A DNA stretch of 64,000 nt from Eledone cirrhosa (taxonomy: Eukaryota): contig OZ024744.1 in assembly GCA_964016885.1 (NCBI GenBank), positions 41,912,001-41,976,000 on the forward strand. Reading direction: 5' to 3'. The stretch's first letter is position 1. Every line of letters begins with the position of its first letter. Below, piece by piece: positions 55,990-64,000 of the stretch. The translations under genes and the position numbers were made by a program. The notes beneath the pieces are model-generated. The model was not told where the DNA came from. It did no database searches and saw only the letters and a list, made by a program, of their open reading frames with translations.

Positions 55990-56640
55990 TTATAAATAAA
56001 ATAATTAAAATAACCATATTGACTTTTAATATTTGGTAGTTGTTTCTAATTAATCTGTAGAATTTCCTAGTAAGAGTGTATTGTAAAAAAGAATATACAT
56101 ATATTTCGTTTCTGAATTTGTTTAGCAAGATTCTTTATCTGAAAACGTTTGTTAAAACCGATATTGTCTTACTTTGGGAGGGTCATGTTGCCAATAAGAA
56201 ACACACGCACCAGTTACTTTCACTCCAATTTATTATAAATTAAATTTATTAATTTAAGAATTTATAAATTTACGGTTGGTTGGCTGGTTCCACAACAGGA
56301 CGGTTGTTCATATATTGTCAAAGTTCTTTCGTCACACATTCTTTGACCTCTTCAGTGACTGGGGATTCTTTTCTTTGTTTTTGTGACACAAAAACAAGAT
56401 GGCGTAGGACAGAACAAAGGATAGGCACAAAACAAAGAAAAGAATCCCCAGTCACTGAAGAGGTCACAGAATGTGTGACGAAAGATCTTTGACAATATAT
56501 GAACAACCGTCCGGTTGTGGAACCAGCCAACCAACCGGAAATTTATAAATTCTTAAATTTATAAATTTAGTTTATAATAAATTAGAGTGAAACAACTGGT
56601 GCGTGTGTTTCTTATTGGCAACATGACCCTCCCAAAGTAT

Positions 56641-56645
<5 letters not shown>
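55990..56645. mobile_element. Fold-back Penelope-like terminus with a hammerhead on each arm
   Basis: 56168-56381 is inverted with 56428-56640. Confidence 0.8.
56451..56493 (+). ncRNA. Minimal type I hammerhead motif (mirror copy at 56317-56359, minus strand)
   Basis: GTCA-CTGAAGA-G-GTCACA..TGTGAC-GAAA-GATC-TT-TGAC. Confidence 0.8.
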
Positions 56646-56687
<42 letters not shown>

Positions 56688-57317
56688 AATTTTAGTACAG
56701 CATTAACGAAGCTTTAGTTTGCGGCCAAGCTAACGAATGCAAATTCGGTATGTAGCTTCAGCACCCGAATGGGAATAGTACCCCAGATTAATAACAATAC
56801 GTTTAGACAGCTTAGCAAATCAAATATAGCGATCGGCAGTCCAGCCGCATTACCACAGCAACGAAAATACAGGACTCAGGAAAAGATTTTAGACTGATCT
56901 GGACAGAACGCTGGGACGGAATGCACCAAATAATGCATATCGTATAGCACACGATATAAATCACATACAGCACACAACATCAGCGCTAGGTTTCTGCAAA
57001 TCAAGATGGACAAAATCCGCTTGCAGGTGTCTGCAAGTTAATGGTTTTTGACGACAGAACAAAGGATTTACTTCTTCAGCAAATCTTGTGTTCTTTAGCC
57101 TCTGCGGATATGTTCTAGCAATAAATTTCGCTATAGACGGTGAATTCAAATTTGAGACAAAGGAATGAAATTCCTTTAGACAAACCGAATTAAGCACTCA
57201 ACCAGAAGTTATCAAACAAACATAAACAATTAATCAATCAATAGAATCATCTAATTAAATTAATCAGTTAATCTTTAATTCTAGGAGTTAAAATACAAAT
57301 TTTAGTACAGCATTAAC

Positions 57318-57416
<99 letters not shown>

Positions 57417-57479
57417 CATCACCGTTTAACGTCCATCTTCCATGCTAGCATGGATATATGTATATATGGATATATATGC

Positions 57480-58335
57480 ATTACAATAACTAGGGTAAGA
57501 ACGGGATGGAAGAAGTTCAGGGAGCTACTGCCACTGCTAGCTGCAAAAGGCTTTTCCCTCATAATGAAAGGCAGACTGTATGATGCGTGTATACGAACAG
57601 CAATGTTACATGGTAGTGACACCTGGGCGCTGAATGTGGAAGACTTGCGAAGATTAGAAAGAAACAAAGCCTGCATGCTCCGATGGATGTGTAATAATAA
57701 TATACGTGAACGACAAAGCATAAACGAATTGAGAGAGAGACTGAGCAGAAGAGGAATCAAATGGTGTGTGCAGGAGAGGCGGTTGCGCTGGTATGGTTGT
57801 GATGCATATGAAGGATGACAGCTGCATAAAAATAGTGCAGAGCACTAGAAATCGATGAAGCCGCGGAGTGGGGAGACCCAAGATGACCAGGGATGAGATG
57901 ATAGAAGCCGACCTTACCCAATTACACCTCTCAAAGGCGATGACATACGACCGTGACCTCTGGCGTCACGCAGTAATACAGAAGACCCCCCCCCCCCCCA
58001 CGGGTACAAGCCGAAGCTGAAGCAGATAGACAATATGCCTCCACCCGCTCCCACTGCAAAGTGGTCGTGGAGGTGTCACGGCAAAAAAGCATCCAGCCCA
58101 CACTATAAAGTGGACGTGTAGGTACCACAGAAAAAAGCACCCAGCACTCACTGTAATTTGGTTGGTGTTAGGAAGGGCATCCAGCTGTAGAAATCAAGCA
58201 AGAATCAGTTCCCGCATGAACAAGACATGGTCAGCCGACCGGCTACTGGTCACAACAGGACAACACGTCTAACCCATGCTAGCGTGGAAGAACGGACGTA
58301 AAACGGTGATGATGATGATGATGATAATGATGATG
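57480..58335 (+). mobile_element. RTE LINE 3' portion with (GAT)n tail
   Basis: RVRTGWKKFRELLPLL, KGRLYDACIRTAMLHGSDTW, RRLRWYG; 3' UTR and gatgatgat tail. Confidence 0.88.
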
Positions 58336-58654
58336 TATATGTATTTAGAATTTTGAAAAGTGACCCATGTGTTGATATATATTAGGAGAAAAAAAAAATA
58401 GAAATGCTAATAGAATGTTCTCATAGAAAAATAGAAAAACATTTTTTTTAAAACAATTATTAGTACCAATTTCAGTCGATAAAAATTTCGACCTCTTCAT
58501 GCTACAGGAAATATGATATAAACGAATTTACATTTACAAATTCTATTTAATTATTTTCTCTCTCTACAAATCATCACTATTTTCCTTGCATTTTTAAAAA
58601 TTATTCTTTATCAAGTGACAAACTTTATTTAATCATTATCAAACATATAGCTAC

Positions 58655-59742
58655 TGTAGCAAGAGTTTCCTCCCTTGTCATGACAATCTCATCACCGCTC
58701 TCTAGACAGGAAGTAGCTGGAGTTGCTTCCCTTTTGGAGTGACAGACTCCTTGTTGGTCACTTCCGGTCAGACCCTATAAAAGGAACAAGTCAGGACAAT
58801 CTTCCTCTCTCGCCTCCTGATTTCCGAAGTGGTAACACCTGCGACCTTAGCATGAGATGATTCATTTCTCATAATCCTTCGCCACCAAGAAGAATGCAAC
58901 CGGCAACCTAAGAGCCTATGAAGATGTTAACACCAGCTAGAAGAAATCTCTCCTTTTCTCTACACACTTCAGGCTGGAGTTGTGACCATCGGGTAACGAT
59001 TCATTTATATTTAATACCTTTGACTTCTATGAAGTAAAAACATTAATCAACAACCAAAACCAGCAGAACAAGCCAGAGAATTTATTTCTGTAGCACTCTT
59101 CCTGTGAGAAATTCCCTTCGGAAGTTGGAAATTTCACGTTATACCACAGACCAGAAACCACCTGCATTCATTCTCTGGAACACATTCTTTACTGCTGTCA
59201 TGTGATTGCACACATGTGAACTGTATTTTGGATATTTGAACTTTGCCCTCTTCTGTTACTTTTATTACATTGTATCATAATTTTCATGCCTCTTACATGC
59301 TCGCCATCTTACTTCATGCATGCTTCATTCGATTTTTATGTTTTAAAAATCTGGCGGGGGATAATGTAGCAAGAGTTGCCTCCCTTGTCATGACAATCTC
59401 ATCACCGCTCTCTAGACAGGAAGTAGCTGGAGTTGCTTCCCTTTGGTCACTTCCGGTCAGACCCTATAAAAGGAACAAGTCAGGACAATCTTCCTCTCTC
59501 GCCTCCTGAAATCCAAAGTGGTAACACCTGCGACCTTAGCATGAGATGATTCATTTCTCATAATCCTTCGCCACCAAGAAGAATGCAACCGGCAGCCTAA
59601 GAGCCTATGAAGATGTTAACACCAGCTAGAAAAGATCTCTCCTTTTCTCTACACACTTCAGCCTGGAGTTGTGATCTACGGGTAACGATTCATTCATATT
59701 TAATACCTTTGACTCCTATGAAGTAAAAACATTATCACAACA
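58655..59742 (+). mobile_element. Two ~380-400-bp LTRs separated by ~310 bp (deleted or TRIM-like LTR element)
   Basis: 58655-59052 and ~59365-59742 are direct repeats starting TGTAGCAAGAG; PPT GGCGGGGGATAA before the second. Confidence 0.85.
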
Positions 59743-60737
59743 CACACCGGCATTTACTGTCTTTTGTAATAATTTTATATGTACACCGATACTAATCTCC
59801 TAAACTACTAAATGAGAGAAAGAAAGAAGAAAAGGAACGGGAAAGGGAAGTGGTAGCAAGAGCTCTGGTGTCGCAGAAGAGAGTGGGGGTTGATTGGGTT
59901 GTGGACCTAGGGCAAGGGGTCCGGAGTGCTGCGCCCCGCGGACAAAACAACAAAAGCATTCCCTTGAAACAGCCACCCAACCTCGTGGGGCTCTCTCTCC
60001 TCAGATGAACCACCAATGCTCTGATGTTGCGAAGGAGCTCAACAGTATGGCGTCCAAAGTTAAGGTGCATATTAACTAAAAGAGGATATTAGAGAACATA
60101 GTTTATATATAAAAAAAATTCATATTTTCGTTTATCTCTTTCTCTCTCTCTCTCTCTCTTCCTTGGTGGTGTGGTGGTAGTAGTAGCTAAAATAGCAGTT
60201 GGCTTGTTCCCTGTTACTGTTTGACAGTAACAGGGGACAAGGGGAAATCAAGGGAATTTTTATATATATGTAAACTATGTTCGCTAATATCCTCTTCTAA
60301 TTAATATACACCTTAATTTTATCATATACTTTCTATCATATTTCCTGTAGCATGAAGAAGTCGAAATTTTTATCGACCGAATTGTTTGTAAAAAAATGTT
60401 TTTTCTTTTTTGCTATGAGAAAATTCTATTAGCATTTTCTACTGTTCTTCTTATTCTCCTAATATGTGTGTGTGTGTGTGTGTGTGCATAACATAAATGA
60501 AAAACATAATTTGCTATATTGATTTTTAATATGTGGTAGTTGTTTCGTATTAAACTGTAGAATTGCCTTGGGGTCAGCGAGTTATTATTGTTACGTTCTG
60601 AGTGTGAAAATGTTTAAAACCAAATACAAACAAAAACTGGAAAAAAAATATATATAAATTAAATAAAATGAAAATAATAAATAAATAAATAAAAAGAAAA
60701 GAAAATTAAAATTATAAAGAAATAATTATTATTTGCT

Positions 60738-60925
60738 AGGTTGATGGATTGGCAATATCAGTAGAGCATTAGACAACATGCGTTGTAGCATAAAATTACA
60801 GCCCTTTACGCTCTGATGCCAACTTTGCCTTTCATCCTTACAGGGTTGATAAAATAAAGCACCAGTAACGCACTGGGGTCAATTTAATCGACTTTGCCCT
60901 CATAAAAAATTGTTGGCCTTGTTGT
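60738..60925 (+). mobile_element. tRNA-derived SINE, same family as 39427-39652, B-box deleted
   Basis: GGATTGGCA.., CTTTGCCTTTCATCCTTAC, CACTGGGGTCAATTTAAT. Confidence 0.7.
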
Positions 60926-61119
60926 TGATGGTTGGCAATATAAATATGGTAATTACTAGATCTTCTATTTTCTGATGAGTCTCAATGTGGACCTTTGACC
61001 TTAGAAAGACACTACTTTCCTGAATATATGGACTTTGGCCAACGAGGTAGTTTTTTTATTTCTGAGGAGAGCAATTTGTGATCCAAGGTTTATTTGCTTA
61101 AAATATGTACTTATATACA

Positions 61120-61447
61120 GACACATGGCTTAGTGAGTTGAGCATTGAGCTTGAAATTGAGAGTTGTGAGTTCAATATTCGGAATGGGTGATGTGTTGTG
61201 TTCTGCGACAAGACACTTTATTTCACGTTACTCCAGTTTACTCAGCTGTAGAAATAAGTTGCGACGTCACTGGTGTCAAGCTGTATTGGCCATTGCCTTT
61301 CCCTTGGACAACATTGGTGGTGTGGAGAGGGGAGACAGGTATGTATGGGAGACTGTTGGTCTTCCACAAACAACCGTGCCCGGACTTGTGCCTCAGAGGG
61401 GAACTTTCTTGGTGCAAAACGCATGGTCATTTGTGACTGAATGGAGT
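61120..61447 (+). mobile_element. Second tRNA-derived SINE family
   Basis: TGGCTTAGTG A-box-like, GAGTTCAAT B-box-like, CAAGACACTTTA..CTCCAG..ACTCAGCTG body. Confidence 0.6.
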
Positions 61448-61461
61448 CTTATATATATATA

Positions 61462-64000
61462 TAATCCAAATAGAGTCGTCGAAATTAATCACCGACTTTC
61501 GGGCATTAAGGATGACATCAACTTCAAAATCCTTAACCACTGTGAGTGTTTTAGCGAAATTGATAGCTCTAAGGAGAAGTGGTAAAGTGATGGAGGAGTA
61601 GTAATTGTTGATGTCGAATTGGATAAAACTAATCGGTGCGTCATCAATGAAATCAACGATGCTGGGTTTAAAATCACATCTGATCTCAACATCCTGGACC
61701 GGACCGAACCTCTGGACCCTATCTCTCCCCACTTTTCCCTGAAGGATCACAAATCCAATTTTCCGAACAACCCCTCTATTCGGCTTATTAACCCTACGAA
61801 GTCCGATTTAGGTAGACTTAGTAAAACGATTCTTGATAGAATTATACCTGAAATTAGAAGTTTGGCCCCTCTCGCACTGTGAACAATTCTTTCGCCGTGA
61901 TTGATTGGTTCAACGGCATATGTAACAAGGAACATTGCCGTTTTAGCCAATTCGACATCAACAATTACTACTCCTCCATCACTTTACCACTTCTCCTTAG
62001 AGCTATCAATTTCGCTAAAACACTCACAGTGGTTAAGGATTTTGAAGTTGATGTCATCCTTAATGCCCGAAAGTCGGTGATTAATTTCGACGACTCTATT
62101 TGGATTAAAAAATCCAATAGTACCCCATTCGACGTGAGTATGGGCGCCAGTGACTCTGCGGAGGTTACTGATCTTATTGGCCTTTTCCTTCTTTTCTCTA
62201 TCAAGGACGAATTCCCCAACGCGGGCGGTGGTTTGTACCGTGACGATGGTCTTTTGATCATGACTAAGTGCGGACCTCGTGCTTGCGACAGGTTCAGAAA
62301 AGAACTCACAGCCATCTTTAAAGGCTTCGACCTCTCTATACAGGTTGAGGCCAATCACTCGGTCGTTATTTACCTCAACGTTACCCTCAATTTATTGAAT
62401 GGGTTGTATTATCCGTATAGAAAGCCGAATAATACGCTTAATTACATAAGTAGGCATTCCAACCATCCTGCCAGCATAACCAAGAACCTGGTAAGAAACG
62501 TTTCGTTGAGGCTTTCCCGTCTTTCCACCAACGAGCGCATTTTCAACGACCATTCCACTTATTACAATGAAGCTCTTGCTCGAAGTGGATTTTTCGATAA
62601 GGTAGCATATACAGAGTACGAAAATAGACCTAGAAGAAATAGATCCCGTCGCATTTGTTGGTTTAACCCACCATATAATATGGAGGTGGCCACACCATTA
62701 GCTAAGATCTTTCTTTCCCTCATTACGAAGCATTTTCCCCCTACACATAAAGATAGTAAGATTTTTAATAGAAATACTATTAAAATTTCTTACTCTACGA
62801 CTCCTAACCTTGCACATAACATCACAGCTTCAAATTTAGCTAAACTAGCTAGCCGTAGGAACACGTGCAACCCTGTAGTTAGTACTAACTGTAATTGTAG
62901 GAATCGGGCTGATTGCACCCTATCCGGGAAATGCCTCTCTAGTAACATTGTCTACAAATGTAAGGTTGTAACACCCACGTCCCGTAGGGCCTACATAGGG
63001 TTAACTGCCAATAGTTTCAAGCAGCGTCTTTACATGCATACCCATTCTTTTCGTTACCCTCTAAGAAGGAATATGACGTCACTTTCAGCTTATATCTGGA
63101 GTCTAAAAGACAACCACACCCAATATAAGTTACACTGGGAGATCCTAGCTAGGGCTAGATCGTATAACGGAAATAAAAGACCATGTGACCTCTGCGCCGC
63201 TGAGGCCCTGGAAATACTCTACGCTACAGACCACATCTTAAACAAAAAATCTGAGGCAATTTCGGCTTGTAAACATAAATTGCACAAAACTTTCCTGTAT
63301 TACAACCACACGTTATACCCTAACGGATAGCACGATCTATACGTGGATATTTTACGTCTTGATGTGGGAGCTAAGTATATGTTTTGTTTATTCCTTTACT
63401 TATTTGCATAGGTAAGTATATATTACCCGTATGTTTTGTGAAGGTATGTATACCTTCTCGTACGTATATTTGACTGTTATAGCGTATAATTTTTACATAT
63501 TCTGGTATTTAGGATTTGGCTATGTGTATACGGGAGTTTTGCGTCCACGTGAGTGTGCAGGTTCGTACGTATGGTGGGTGTGTGTATATGTGTACTTCTT
63601 GTTTTAGTTGACTTACGTCTCCGAACATTCGTGTATTTATATGTAGGTATGCGTGTGCGCTTGTTATATACGTATTTATTTACTTATATACGTTTATATA
63701 ATTATTTATTTATTTGTACACAAGCATACACACACACACATATTTATATGTGCGTGGTTTTGTATACCCATGGTAAGGTTTTGCGTATGCTTGTGTATGT
63801 ACGTATCTGTTTGCGTGTATGTATTTATTTGTTTCTATTACTTCTGTATTGTATTTATTTACTTTGTTCTTAACTCTGTAGCGGAGATTCATTTGGTCTC
63901 CTAGTTAGAATTTTAGTCTACGATTTCTGCTATACCATTTACGTGGTTTTGTCTTTGCGTGCTATTGTTCTCCACGCTCCACATATGACTTATTATCTTC
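61462..64000 (+). mobile_element. Penelope-like family A copy with a short inverted 5' segment; runs off the window
   Basis: ORFs 61619-61882 and 61879-63330 (GLYRDDG, CNCRNRADC, AYIGLT, CDLC, CKH); 61462-61629 is the reverse complement of ~61940-62106. Confidence 0.94.

Noticed and set aside
60974-61010. CTGATGA followed by GAAA; also CTGATGA at ~15745 and ~24627
   Set aside because: Stems do not close into a hammerhead

Overview
AT-rich, microsatellite-dense eukaryotic DNA made almost entirely of retrotransposons. The SINE/LINE repertoire suggests an octopus-like cephalopod, but that is inference only. No host gene is securely identifiable. Contents: (i) a decayed Ty3/Gypsy element (1-4362), a deleted chimaeric Gypsy on the minus strand (5558-7928), a solo LTR with a 4-bp TSD and a two-LTR mini-element; (ii) at least four families of Penelope-like elements (RT + GIY-YIG; where the region is present it carries the CxCx5C motif of the Naiad type), including a near-intact copy with tandem and inverted pLTR architecture (14688-21285); (iii) RTE, L1/Tx1, R4/Dong and CRE-like non-LTR elements plus tRNA-derived SINEs. 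The most striking unannotated signal is about ten unrelated fold-back (palindromic) Penelope-terminus fragments sitting in or beside (TA)n tracts. Most carry a type I hammerhead ribozyme motif read directly from the sequence (stem I-CTGANGA-stem II-GAAA-palindromic stem III-UH), including variants with ~80-nt stem II inserts and non-canonical cores. All folds and alignments were done by eye, and coordinates may be off by a few bases.
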